Assembly (NCBI RefSeq): GCF_030028105.1
Contig: NC_092382.1
Span: 99,278,699-99,342,698, forward strand
Direction of reading: 5' to 3'
DNA from: Mobula birostris
Taxonomy: Eukaryota
DNA length: 64,000 nucleotides
Shown: piece by piece, positions 24,511 through 38,162 of the stretch
How the letters are laid out: each line of letters begins with the position of its first letter
Position numbering within the stretch: the first letter of the stretch is position 1
Translations under genes and position numbers: made by a program
The notes under the pieces: generated by a model
Told to the model about the DNA's origin: nothing
What the model saw: only the letters and a program-made list of their open reading frames with translations
Databases searched by the model: none

Positions 24511-27500
24511 GGTATATGTCATCGGGTCTTGGTGAATTTACTAACTTCAAAAGCTACAGCACATGCTCTTTCTTAATGTCTATATGATCAAGCGTTTCAG
24601 TCCACTGTAAGTTGTCACAAAAATGGCCAAGATTATTTTTTTCCCTTTTGAGTACTGAAACAAAGCATTTACTAAGTACCTCCTCCGACTCCATACACAC
24701 TTTTCCGCAGTCACACTTGATTGGTCCTATTCCCTCACGGCTCATCCTCTTGCTCTTCACATGGCTCGGGGTTTTCCTTTATCCTGCACAGCGGGCTCTT
24801 CTCATGGCCCCTTCTGGCTCTCCTAATTCCATTCTTAAGCTCCTTCCTAGCAACCTTGTAATTTTCTAGAGCTCTAACAATACTTATTTTCCTGAACCTT
24901 TCGTAAGCTTTTCCTTTCCTCTTAACTAGATTTTCTACAGATTGTACACACCACGGTTTTGCATGGTTGTATATAGTACCAACATTTTCCCTATCTCAAT
25001 GGAACATACCTATGTAGAACTCCATTCAAATGTTCCCTGAACGTTTGCCACACTTCCGCTGTGCATTTCCCAGAGAACATCTGCTCTAAAAGTACTGCCT
25101 AGTAGCATCATAGTTCCCATAGCCTAATTAAATACTTTCCAAAATTGCCTGCTCCTATCCCTCTCCAGCGCTCTGGTGAAGGAGATAGAGTTGTGGCCAC
25201 TACCTCTAAAATGCTCTCCCACCGAGAGATCTGAAAGCTCATCTGCTTCATTTCCCAATAGCAGATCAAATGCAGGGTTGCATGACTATTTGGAGAAATG
25301 GAATTAAGGACAGCTATATGAGGGGCGGGTCATGTCATACGCCCTGAATGATTTTTTTCAGGAGGTGACAAAACAAATTCCTGACGGTAGAGTGGTGGAT
25401 GCTCTGTATATGGTACTGAGTGGACCGTTCGTCATGGTTACCCTTATTAGACACACCCAGAAACTTTGAAGGCATAAGATCGATAGAAACCTTGCTTCCT
25501 GAATTTGGAATCATCTTGCTCAGAGAGTAAGGAACTGCAGGCGATGGAGCATATCCAAGAGATCTGCTTGGGAATCCTGCTTTTTCTGATTTTGTAAATG
25601 ACCTGAAAGAGACAGTGTAAAGGTGGGTTATTGAGTTACAAGTTGGAACAGTATGTTGTGTAGCGGTTAGTGTGACACTATTCCAGCTCGGGGCGGAGGG
25701 TAATGTTACAACGCTATAACACTCTTAGTAGACCATACTTGGAGCATTGTGTTCAGTTTCTGTCGGTCCATTATACACAACACATGGAAGCTTCAGAGAG
25801 GGTGCAGGGGCCTCTCCCAATATTCTGCCTGATTATCCCCGTATCTTTTGAAACCCTTTGTGATCAACAGCCTCGTAACCTCCGCTTTAAACAGGAGGAC
25901 ATGCAGACTGATTTCAATCGATTTCATCAGGTGCTTATATTCTATGTAACAGCATAGTATGCCCCCTAGATTTATTTTCTGCGACCTCATTATCATTACT
26001 ATTCTGGCTGGGTGGCCAGGACCCCTGCTGGTTATGAAAGGACAGGATGGTTTAAATATTGGGGAGAGTCAAAGGGAACCTAGCGAATATCCTTTTCCTT
26101 TCAGGAACTGAAGAAGTAAGGGTGTTTTCTTGACAACGGCGCAGCTGGACTTGGCTGTTTTTTTTTTTTTAACCCCCTTGAACCACGGACTTGAGTCAGG
26201 CTTCAGGATTCCTAATTCAGGTTTACGAGCAGTCGTGACTTCGCAAAAATCAGGTTCCTGAGCGAAAGTGGATAACAACACTCACCGCCCCACTGGTAAA
26301 TCCTGAAACAAACACGCCCATTTCTCAAATGCTCGGAGCTTTCGGAATATTTAGAGGTGCTTGGTGTTACAGCCTTCTTGAAATTTATATAAATATTTGA
26401 TCTCAGCGCTAATTTTAATGCTGTTTTGCAATGAATCCGATGATACTAGCTGTAAATATTCTTATTGGGATAATACATCCCCTATTCATCTTCTATCCTC
26501 TTTCACTGTCCTCTTTTGATTCAGCATATTGTGGTGTTTTTCAACTATGATTTCTGTATGTTATCTGTGTTCGCAACGGCTATATCCATGGAATATGTTG
26601 TTATCCTTTGTCTATCCTGTGTTACTATATCCGGACGGTTATTATGGATTTTCCCATGTATAGTCATTGATCAGTCGTCGTATAATTGGCGTTGAACGTC
26701 ATTGATTTGGATGAAGGGTTTGATTGCTTTGTGGCAGGGTTTCAGACACATGCGAAGGTAGATGGAAGGGCAGGTAGAGATGAGGAAGCATGGTGCTTGC
26801 AAAAGGAATTAACAAACATGACCACCGGCAAAGAATTGGCATCAAGAACTTGATGCAGGGAAGTGCCCAGTCTTACTCTTTGGCAGAGGGAATAAAGTCG
26901 TGGACTATTTCGTAATTGGGAAGAATATTCGAATTGAAAATAAGAGAGCAGAGCCACAGGAAAATCTGCAGTTTGAGTCAGTGCTAAGGGAGCCGAATTC
27001 ATGTTCCAATCCATATTCAGAGGACTGGTGTTTGAAAACAACTCCTTCCCCATACCATAAACTGTATATAATTTGTTTATGCCTGTTCTATTTTAACAAT
27101 GGAGAAATAAGCAGAGGTGCAGAGCCTTTAGGGAGGATTCCATACAGGAAAATTTGCAGAAAGGTGAGGAAGACAAATGGAATTTTAGCATCCATTTCCA
27201 GAGGACTAGGATGTAAAAGGAGCTCTTTAGAAACCTATTAATCTGGAAGCCTTTCCTGTTTCCGGCCTCACAGGCACGTGGAACGGGCAGCAGATCCTGT
27301 TGGTTCTTCCTTTTAAATTCGCTCTGAACTCCCGTACTGGCAGTGCAGAACAGCATCGTTCATCACACACATGTCATTGGTAACTAAATAGGCTACGATT
27401 TCGGCAGATCACCCTCCCGCTTAAGAGTGGTGAGGACTCGATCCGAGATATCCCTGATGTTGTCGCCACAGAACCACCTGTCCGCACCACTATCGAATAT

Positions 27501-27870
27501 CCTATCACCACATCGTGACTTCTACGCTTCCGCCCTCCGCAACCCCACACACACAGACAGTCACCGCTCAACGCACACTTCCGTTGTGAGTCACAGAGGC
27601 AAACTAAGCGCCTGCGACCGACTACTGTGATTGAACACTGTTAGTTGATTCTCCTGCCCCACAAACTCCGCGACGGTATCCAAACTGTTGAGCGAGTTGT
27701 CGAGAAGAGAACTCTGCCCTGTCCCCTTCAGCCATTTTTCCTTCATGACTGTCAGACAGTCTCCTGTGCCCTGCATCCTGAGTGTAACTGCCTCTCTATA
27801 TGTCTTGTCCATCACCACTTCAGCCTCACGAATGATCTGCAGCTCGTCCAGTTCTAGCTCCACCTCCTGA

Positions 27871-28680
27871 ATGGCAGATGGAGTTCAACCCGGCAAGTGT
27901 GAGATGGTTCACTTTGGAAGGAGAAACTCCAAGGCACAGTACAATGTAAATAGCAGGATACATGGTAGTGTAGAGGGGCAGAGGGATCTGGGGGTATATG
28001 TACGCAGCTCCCTGAAAGCTGCCTCACAGGTAGAAAGGGTAGTTAAGAAAGGTTATGGGGTGTTCTCTTTCATAAGTCGGGGGATGGAGTTTAAGAGTCG
28101 TGATGTAACGATGCAGGGCTATAAATCTCTGGTTAGTCCACACTTGGAGTACTGTGTCCAGTTCTGGTCGTCTCACTATAGGAAGGATGTGGAAGCATTG
28201 GAAAGGGTACTGAGGAGATTTGCCAGGATGCTGGCTGGTTTAGAAAGTATGCATTATGATCAGAGATTAAGGGAGCTAGGGCTTTACTCTTTGGAGAGAA
28301 GGAGGGTGAGAGGAGACATGATAGAGCTGTACAAGGTAATACGAGGAATAGATAGAGTGGATAGCCAGCGCTTCTTCCCCAGGGCACCACTGCTCAATAC
28401 AAGAGGACATGGCTTTTAGGTAAGGGGTGGGAAGTTCAAGAGCGATATTATAGGAAGGTTTTTTACTCAGAGAGTTTTTGGTGCGCAGAATGCACTGCCT
28501 GAGTCAGTGGTGGAGGCAGATACACTAGTGAAGTTTAAGAGACGACTAGACAGGTATATGGAGGAATTTAAGGTGGGGGGTTATATGGGAGGCAGGGTTT
28601 GAGGGTCGGCACAACATTGTGTGCCGAAGGGCCTGTACTGTACTGTACTATACTACGTTCTATGTTCTATGTTCTATGTT
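27871..28680 (+). mobile_element. Relatively young 5'-truncated CR1 insertion
   Basis: 182-aa RT C-terminal ORF (HLEYCVQFWS, LERRR..GD) with a (TTCTATG)n tail. Absent from the paralogous site at about 19180. Confidence 0.9.
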
Positions 28681-29179
28681 AACGCGGATTGTCAGAAGCT
28701 GCAGCTGAACGCAGCTCTAGCAGCTGTCCTCGTCAGGGTTACTGGAGTTCTCTATGGCTCTCCAGATTCCGCAAGAGGGGCATTTAACTATCCTGCCCGG
28801 CTTCTCTGTTATCCTATCTGATCAGATATATAGAAGGGAAGGAACAAAAGACTTAGCCTAGTGCTTTCCTTTTCTTTGCCTGCTTTGTATCCTGAGCTGA
28901 CGCCTCGGCAAGCAGAAGCCTGAAGATCACCTGCTTCGCGGCCCATTCAGACGATGGCCACTGCATCTGACCCTGCCTTCCTCTTGCAGCTCAACCACAA
29001 ACGCCTCCTGGTCGCTAGTCAAAGCTGCTTCTCAATCTAAGGACCCGCTGTTGCCTTTTATGCCTGTGCTGTCCTCTCCTCCTAAATCACAGGGAGACGC
29101 GATTGGCCGCTGGTAAAAACTCTTTTTTCTAAAAAATCATTATTTTGAAATTATCAAACTCGATATCATTTTCAATCTA

Positions 29180-30803
29180 CCTGGTATGCAAATATTTGAG
29201 GACCCCGGTCAAAATTTCTGCTACAGTGAAACGTTCAGTGAGTCAAAGATGAACTGATCTGCAGAATTCATAAAGTTACAGATGAATCATTCTTTTCAAC
29301 ATTTGAAGCAAGGTTCGTGTATTTTTTGCTTTGATCAATTTTCGAGTGAAGATAAAGGAAAAGAGCACCATGCAGAAGTTTGGGTACACCTAGAGATTTG
29401 AGCTCTTTGAACACTTTTACCAAGGTCTCACACCGTAATTATCTTGTTAGGGCTCTGGTTTGTTCACGGTCATCGTTAGGAAAGGCCAGGGAATGCAAAT
29501 TTCAAAGTTTTTGAAATAACCCGACTCCTCAAACATTGTCCAAACAATCAGCAGCCATTGTCACCTCTAAGCAGCTTCCAAGCCTTCCGAAAATTAAAAT
29601 AAATGATGCCCTCAAAGCAGGAGAAGGCTAAAATTGGATAGCAAAGCAAGTTCATGTAGCCGTTTCCTCAGTTCGTAATGCAATTAAGAAAAGACAGTTA
29701 ACAGAAACGGTGGAGGTCAAGTTGAGGTGTGGTAGAACAAGATAACTATGTCAGAGACTGCTCGTAGGATTGCGAAAAAAAATCAAATTAAATTCCCCAG
29801 TTGACTGCAAAAGACCTTCAGGAAGATTTCGCGGACTCTGCAGTGGGGGTGCACTGTTCTTCCGTGCAGCAACCCATGCACACATGTGACCTTCATGGAA
29901 GAGTCAGCAGGAAAAAAAACAACTTTCCTGCGTCCTCACCACGAAACTCAGCGTGAGAAGTTTGCAAAGGCACATCTAAACAAGCCTGATGCATTTTGGA
30001 AACAAGTCATTTGGACTGATGATGTTAAAATTTAACTTACCGGTCGCAATGAGCAAAGGTATGTTTGGAGAAAAAGGGAGTGAGGAATTTCATGAAAATA
30101 ACACCACTGCAACCGTTAAGCACGGGGGTGAGTCAATCATGATTTGGGATTTTGATGCAGCAATAGCACGGGCAACATTTCACTGGCAGAGGGAGGAATG
30201 AATTCAATTAAATACCAGCAAATTCTGGAAGCAAACATCACACCGTCTATTCAAAAGCTGCATATCAAAAAAGGATGACTTCAGCAACACGATAATGATC
30301 CGAAACACACCTCAAAATACACAATAGACTACCTCAAGAGGCGCAAGCTGAAGGTTTTACCATGCCCCTTGCAGTCCGCCGACCACAATATCATCGAAAA
30401 TCTTTAGATAAACCTGAAAAAAACAGTGCATACAAGACGGCGCAAGAGTCTCACAGAACTAGAATCCTTTTACAAGGAAGAGTAGGCGAAAATCCCCAAA
30501 CATCATTGAAAGACACTTGTCCGGCTACGAAAAGCTTTCACAAGTTTTGATACTTGCCAAAGGGGGAGTACCAAGTACTGACCATGCAGGGTGCGCAAAC
30601 TTTTGCTTCAGAACCTTTTCCATGTTTGTTATTTTCTAACAGTAAAGGATGGAAAAAAGTATAAAGTAGTCCTGCTTCAGTTATTAAAGAAATCTGTCAT
30701 CTTTAACTTTATGCTTTTTTGGAAATCAGGACACCTTTTACTCGCTGAGCTATTACAGGTACAAAAATTTTGACCAGGGTGCCCAAACCATTGCATGCCA
30801 CTG
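29180..30803 (+). mobile_element. Tc1/mariner DNA transposon, full length but decayed
   Basis: Degenerate TIRs (TA-CCTGGTATGCAAATATTTGAGGACCCC ... GGGTGCCCAAACCATTGCATGCCACTG). Transposase remnants FWKQVIWTDD, HGGESIMIW and [10 protein letters not shown]. Confidence 0.85.
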
Positions 30804-31282
30804 TGTCCAACTATAATTTTGAAGAACTATCTGTGCAATAATTATTTTAAACTGTGTATATCACTATAGTTTTCTTTTTATTTGCTGCGTGTACCTTCCT
30901 TTTCAGTCTGGTTGTATATCAGTGTCCAGCTGTGTGTCAAAAAGTTTCTTAGTTTTGTGTCCATTTACAGACAGGGCACGCATCTGTGGACAGCCGACTG
31001 GTGGGATTATTGTATACACTTGCAATCTGCTTTGGTATTGCTTCTCTGACGGCCTGCAAATAAAGGGTTAATTGCACCTGTCATTCCGGAGAGTTTAATG
31101 AAGGAAGTGTCCGTGGAGATTGTCGTCGTCACCGCGGAGGTGTGGCTGCTGGTTACCTTTTCTATTAATATGTCTCCCTCACAACGTCAGTTTCAGAGAG
31201 AGCCACCAGTCTACGCTATCAGAGACTAAAGGCTGCAGGCAGAGAGAAGACAGAGGCTGGATCGGGACCACGAATCCCAGCA

Positions 31283-31463
31283 ATGGATTATAATCCTGGA
31301 ACTGCATCGCCCAATGCTACGGAAATTGCGAGGTACCTTTTCTTGCTGTATCCACATCTTGTTGATGATTACCAATGGCTGATTTTGGACACTCGAATCA
31401 GTCTCCTCCTTCGGAGAGTCCAAGAGTTTTACTACCCTGCACTCGCAATCGTAGCTCTTCTTG
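31283..31463 (+). CDS. GPR139/GPR142-like GPCR copy 2, coding exon 1
   Basis: MDYNPGTASPNATEIARYLFLLYPHLVDDYQWLILDTRISLLLRRVQEFYYPALAIVALL; 181 nt; donor CTTG|GTAAGT. Confidence 0.87.
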
Positions 31464-34185
31464 GTAAGTGTTTCGTCTCTTCCTCATGATTATGTTGAAA
31501 AATAGAATTTAGCTTCTCATTCATCCTGTATTGTAACGACTCGCTAATTGCAAGACAGGTCTTTCCAACCGGTATCGCTTCAGCAAACATCGGCTGAGTG
31601 TATTTGATAAGGTACCCCATGCAAGTCTTATTATGAAATTTAGGAGGCATGTCATCCAAGGGGACATTGCTATGCCGATACAGAAATGGCTTATCCACAG
31701 AAGGCAAAGTGTTGTTGTAGACTGTCATATTCTGCATTGAGGTTGTTGACCAGTGGTGTGGTTCAGGAATCTGTTCTGGAACTCCTACTCTTCCTGATTT
31801 TTATAAATGACCTGGATGAGGAAGTGGAGCGATGGGTTAGTACATTTGGTAATGAAAGAAGATTGGGGGCGCTGTGGACAGTGTGGAGGGCTGTCAGAGG
31901 TTACACCTGGATTTGAGAGGATGCAAAACTGCGTTAAGAAGAGGCAGTTGGAGTTCAACATAGGTAAATGAGAGTCGTTCTTTTAGGTAGGTTAAATATG
32001 TTGGCAGAATATAGTATTAGCGGAATTAATTTAAAAATAAATAAATCAACAAACAAATAGCTTATGTCACGTCACCCGCAACACAAATATATAATTGTGT
32101 CAGTTTTTATAAACAAACAAACAAACATGTAATACATTCTGGTCAGCAATAGCGAAAACTATTCAAATGACTAACTTAACCAGAAGTTAACTGCTATGCG
32201 AAAACCCCGGAACAGTTCTTAAAGTGGTAACTTCGAACACAGTATTATAATGGTAACTTCGAAAGCCCAAGTGATTTACACAGTCAATCAGGAGAGATGT
32301 CTCTGGAAACGGCTGTCTTCGAGACGTGACGTTACTTCTGATTCTGTCCAATAGATTCACAGCGAAGGAAATCAAATGGTTTAAATAAACTGACCTTGTC
32401 CTGGCGAATGAACACTTCACAAATCTTCCTAATCTTACAAGGTACTGAACTACATCATGGTCACAAGACAGTCACAAGATACCCACCAGTTATGTAATAC
32501 TCCAACGTCTCACCAGTTAAAAAGCATAAGGGTACGTGGGCATCATCACTTCCATGATCTATCGACGCCACAAAGAGTGCAGAGGAAACTGACAACATGC
32601 AGCGGGATATTAATATGTTCAGCGAATGTAGCAGCGTCCGGCAGATGGAGTGCAAAGTTGGTAAATGCGAGGTTATCGAATGGGAAGGACAATTATAAGA
32701 ACAGAATATTATTTACGTGGTAAACGATTGCAGTATGCTGCTGTGCGGAGGCGTTTTGGAGTACTTGTGCTTTAAATCACAAAAGTTTGGTTTGCAGGTG
32801 CAGCAGACTGTCAAGAAAGTAAACAGGATGTTAGCCTTGGTTGTCAGAGTGATTGAGTTTAAGAGTAGGGAGGATGTGCTGCAGCTGGACAAGGTACTAT
32901 TGAGGAGGCATTTGGAGAACTGTGCAGTTCTGGTCTCCCGACTTGAGGATGGATAAATTGGCTGTGCAGGCGGATCACCAATTGATTGCAGAGCTGAGGT
33001 GGTTCGGCTATGTGGGGAAATTGTTTCGATTGGCATCTTACTCGCTGGAACTCAGAAGAATGAGAGGAAGTTGCTAGAAACATATAAAATTATGGAATGG
33101 ATAGATAAGATAGTCGCCGGAAAGTTGTTTCAACTGATAGGCGAGGTTAGACCTACGGGGCATAGTCTGAGGATTCTGCGGACTGAACTTAGGATCGTGT
33201 TGAGGAGGAATTTCTTCTCTCAGAGGCCGGTGAATTGTGGAATTCTCTGCTCAGTGCAGCACTGGAGGCAACTTCAATAAATATATTTAAGACTGGCTGC
33301 CATTGATTTTGCATAGTAGACGAATTAAGGGCTATGTGGAAAAGGTAGGTATGCGGCGATGAGTCCATGGTCAGATCAGCCGTGATCTTCTTCATTGTCA
33401 GATCATGCCAGTCCGAACAGATGGACTATCCCTGCTCCTATTATTAATGTTCTTAGATTCTCACTTTCTCTCGTGTTCAGAGCTGAGGGGAGTTGAATTT
33501 CTGTCACCGTGGTACTTGGTACATTAATTCGTTCATTACTCTCCTAACACTTCCCGTTTGCAACTCGTTCTCCTGGTGCTAAAGATCAGAATACGTTTCA
33601 GGATTCGATTGCTATCGCTGCTTTGCCCATAAAGCTCAGAAGGTGAATTCGACCAGCCGAGCACCGAGCCTTCGCCGCCTTTCCGTGTAGCTGATTCATT
33701 ATCGCACTCAACCACATTCTGGCGCCCAGCCCCGTAGCCATCGGCAGCCTGATGAATAAAGCACCCATCACTCTCCTCTGCCAATGGTTCCAATGAACCG
33801 TCTGTGCCGCTGAATTACACACATTCACCTGTCTCGGTCTGTAGAAATTAGGACCCATCTCCGTTCTAAAGGGATGTCTTTTTATTGTGAAGCCTCGTCT
33901 TCAGGTTGTAGACTCCACCACGACTGAAGCAACCCTCTCCGCGTCCACGATATCTCGGCCTTTCAATGTTCAATAAGTTTCAATGAGACTCCTCTCATCC
34001 TTCTGAACTTCAGCAGGTGCATTGTACTCACTGCCAATTTAATAATGATCCTGATAATCTCCTTCATAGTTACATTAATTCCATGTTCATCTCTGCTCTT
34101 GGGAGTGCTATCGATTAAAATAGTTGCTTTCAGAGAAAGTGTCCATGCAAAAGTGTATTAATCTTCTATATTTCCGTCCGCACAG

Positions 34186-35099
34186 TGAACGTGGTGACAA
34201 TCGTCATCCTGTCTCGGGGAAAGTGCGGTCTCTCCAAAGGCGTCACAAGGTACCTGGTTGCCATGGTAGCAGCGGATCAGCTCGTCGTTCTCTTCGATCT
34301 GGTAATGAGCAAAATTCCGGTGACTAACGTGCGAATGGAGTTTTTCAACTGGTCACATCGTGCTCCCGTGTGTAATATCCACGCCGTTCTGTTCTACGCC
34401 GCCACGGACTGTTCTGTCTGGTTCACCGTCACTTTCACCTTTGATCGATTTGTCGCCATTTGTTTTCAGGAGCTGAAACGAAGATACTGCACCGGGAGAG
34501 CGGCGGCTCTGGTTCTGGGGACAGTGACTGTGCTGAGCTGCGTAAAGAACATATTCTGGTACTTTATGCTGGATGAGTCATATTCCGCATTAGATATGTC
34601 CTTGCTCTGCCTTATTAGTAACCGTTCATTTTCCATTTCTCAGCTGGCAACATTTCGACTGATTCATTTCCTCCTCACCCCAATATTCCCCTTTGTCCTG
34701 ATACTCCTGCTCAATAGTTTAACCATCAGACACGTCTTCCTCGCCAGCCGAGCCCGGAGGAGACTCCGTGGTTCGCGGGATGGCGAAATGCCCGCCGACC
34801 CGGAGTTGGAGAACCGCAGGCAAGCCCTCCTCTTACTGCTGGTTATGTCGGGGAATTTCATCCTGCTGTGGGCGCTGCTGACGGTGGATTCCATATGGGA
34901 GAGCTTTGATTCGATTCCCCCGAGTTCTCTGCGGGAGTTGGGCTACATGCTGCAGCTCCTGAGCTGCTGCACCAACACGGCCCGTTACGCCGTGGTCCAG
35001 GCCAGGTTTAGGGTGCAGCTGAAGGAGACGGTGAAATCGCCCTTACGCCTCATGGCAAAGTCCATTCGGCGTTGTCAGGATTGCATTAATCCTCGGTGA
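34186..35099 (+). CDS. GPR139/GPR142-like GPCR copy 2, coding exon 2; spliced protein about 364 aa
   Basis: Acceptor CCGCACAG|TG at 34185/34186. Uninterrupted 7TM ORF paralogous to copy 1. TM7 reads TNTARY, and ECL3 has a 4-aa deletion. Confidence 0.9.
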
Positions 35100-36598
35100 C
35101 ACTTCTCCCATACCGCCCAATATGTCCCATTTTATCTGGTAGGTTATTATAAATTGAAGGGCTACTGGGACCACTGGTTATTATAAATTGAAGGGCGAAT
35201 GGGACGTGATGGAGCTGGAGATGTTGAAGGAGGCTGGTAAAAGTGCAGATGGGTTGAAACTATGGTCACAGAAATCATAACTGTGTCAAAGTAATACGGC
35301 AGTTCAGTGTCTGTTGCTTCGAAACGGTTGAGAAATACGGGAAAATCTCCCAGGCAGGTAAGTCTATGACTATGACCCCTCTGGTTTTTGATAACACTAT
35401 GTAAACATAAAAGAAAAGTAGATTCGTATGCCAGCAGAAGATGGCAGTCGACAATGCCGAGATTTGAATGTTGTCACCCGGGAATCGCATTTTAATTACG
35501 AAGGAGAAATAACAGTCTGTAGAATAAGTTCGGCAGTGAGTTGTTCCGGGATTTGTGACACATATAAATAACTTGGATGCATGTGAATGAGTTGACTAAT
35601 AATCTTGCGGACGACACAAACAATTTAACTTACGCAAGGCGCCGGAGGATCTTCGGGCGGTAATTTCAAATGAACTCGAAAGAGCAAGACCTTTACACAG
35701 AGAGTAGTGGGTGCATGGGATGCACTTCCTGGTGTGGTGGTGGGGACACAAGGAGGGGAGACATTGAGGAGCTGCTGATACAGACATGTGCCTCTGAGGA
35801 AAATGGAAGGACATGCTGATAATTCAAGCAGATGAGATTGGTTAGTCATTAGGTTACTTATCTAACTGGTACAGTGCGACTTTGTGGGGCGACGGGACTG
35901 CTCTGGTGCTGTCATGTTCCAATGAAGAGAATGAACAGCTGACACTTTGGAGAGACTTTTTCTGGATTGGAAAGGTCAAGGGGCCGGCTGAGGGGACAAT
36001 GAGGTAGATTACCTACTGACGGGGGGGTTGTGAAAATAAGTGATGGACAGTGTAGAATCGGGCAGGGTAAGTAGGAAGCTGAGCGGTGATCGGCGGAAAC
36101 TGTACGAGAACGTAGATGTGGGAACCTGAGGACACTCGCTAGTACACGAAAGCGAGGAAGGGGGTTCACCGGGGGAGAAGATGGGTAAGTGAGCTGAGAA
36201 CAAGAAACGAGAGAGGAACCAGGAACGTGGATGGAACAGGAGAGAGTAGTGAGTGTGGACAAAGGAGTTTCTGCTGTTCATACCCTCAGGTAGTAAACTA
36301 CCCAGACAGAATACGTCTACAAGGAACGCAGATTCAAGGAAGCAAAATGCATCATCAGTGATCTCCATGACCCAGGCCATGCTCTCTTCACGCTGCTGCC
36401 ACCTGGACGGAGATACAGGGGCGTTAGCACTCACACGACCACGATCATAACAGTTAATACCCCTCAAAAATTCTAACCCCGACATTGACCTGCACCATGA
36501 CAGATTTCCTCATGTTTCCATGACATATGGACTGATTTTCAAGGGCTCCTCATCGAATAGCCTCGATATTCATTGCGTGTTGATACATATACATATTC

Positions 36599-36605
36599 GT
36601 GTGTG

Positions 36606-36662
<57 letters not shown>
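36599..36662. repeat. (GT)n microsatellite
   Basis: About 32 GT units with one interruption. Confidence 0.97.
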
Positions 36663-36664
<2 letters not shown>

Positions 36665-36999
36665 AAATCTCAGCTGAGGGAGTCACGTGTCAATTATTCG
36701 GAACATAGAGCTTAAGAATACTCAAGCACTCATCAGTCCTACATCAGCAATTTTAATATCCTCCATCTTCTTACATCCTTATGACTATCCAGACGTCTCC
36801 TAAAATCATCTAATGTATTTGCCTCCACGTCCATACCAGTCAGCGCATTCCAGGCATCCACGGTCTCAGAGTGAAAAAAAAAAAACAAACAACAACTATT
36901 CCTCACATCCCGCGTGAAACTACTCCTCTCAGTTTCGATGCATAGCCTCTTCTCTTCGATATTTGAATACTTGGGTACAGATACTCCCTATTTCTCTAT

Positions 37000-38130
37000 C
37001 TATGCCTCTCCTAAGCTTATAAACTTCTGCCAAATCTCCCTTGAGCCTCCGGCGCTTCAGGGAAAACGACCCGTTTGTCCAGGCTCTCGTCATAAGACAT
37101 GTTGTCTAATCCAGGCAGCGTTCCGATGTGGCCTAACCAGAGTTTTCACAATTTGCAACATTATGTCTTTAATTGAGATCCTTGCTGACTTGCGTATTCT
37201 AAAAGTCTCTTATTCACATTGTTGACCTGCGTAGACACTTTCAAGAGGCTGTGACCTTAGATCCCAAGGTAGCTCTGCTCAGCAACACTCTTCAGGAGCT
37301 TGCCCAAACACTGTACTGTTTCTTTACATTTGCTTGATACCAGCGTGCTGCATCTCGGATTTATCTGGGTTAATTTCCATCTGTCCTGTCGTTGTTAATA
37401 TCTGCAACTCATCTGTGCTTTGCCAGTCTTTTACAGTGGCCACATCTCCATCAATCTTGGCATCATCCGCAAATGTACTAGCCAGCCCACCTAGATTTTC
37501 ATCCAGGTAATTTATATACATCACAAGCAGCAGGGATCCCTGCGTAGATCACTGTCGAGCATCACTAATTGCAGATCTCCATCTCGGATAAGTCCCTTCA
37601 GTCATCTCACTCTGCCGTCTGTGCACAAATATGTTATGAGTCCAAGCAACCAATTGTCCGCCGTTCCCTTTGCCTCTCCCCTTGAGCGAGTATGTCAAAC
37701 GCCTGACTGATACCACGTGCTCAGCATCCACTGCCCTACCCTCATCAATCCCTTTCCTCACCTCGTTAACATACTCTTTCAAGTTGTAAGAGAAGATCTG
37801 CCCCGAACAGAGCCATGCTAGCTCTCCCTAACCTGTTTGGGTTTTCCAACTGTCGTAAATCCTGGACATACGGATTTTTTACCTCCTATGTCCATTTAAC
37901 TGAAATAAGTCTCACTTATCCATAGTTTCCGGGATTGTTACCGTTTCTCGTTTGAAAAAGAGATAAAACATTTTCACTGCCCAGACCTGCGGGACTTCGC
38001 CTGTGGCTGGAGTTGACATGAGGAAGCCGATCAAGGTCCCAGCAATATTACGTGTTCCCTCTTGCAATTGTAACTGGGTCTTGGTTACACTGGCTGCAAT
38101 GGTGTCTAAACTGACTTCTTTGTATGTCAT
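37000..38130 (-). mobile_element. CR1 RT fragments
   Basis: YINYLDEN, TFADDAKI and ATGEVPQVW remnants. Confidence 0.65.
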
Positions 38131-38162
38131 ATAAAATGGCTTTCCTGTAATAACAACTGCGT

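Noticed and set aside
24330-25270. Apparent fold-back inverted duplication
   Set aside because: Better explained as two diverged CR1 fragments in opposite orientation covering the same consensus region.
26069-26330. Possible small - strand exons (CAG...GTGAGT) in unique-looking sequence
   Set aside because: Short, with no J-segment FGxG motif, no RSS and no recognisable protein similarity.
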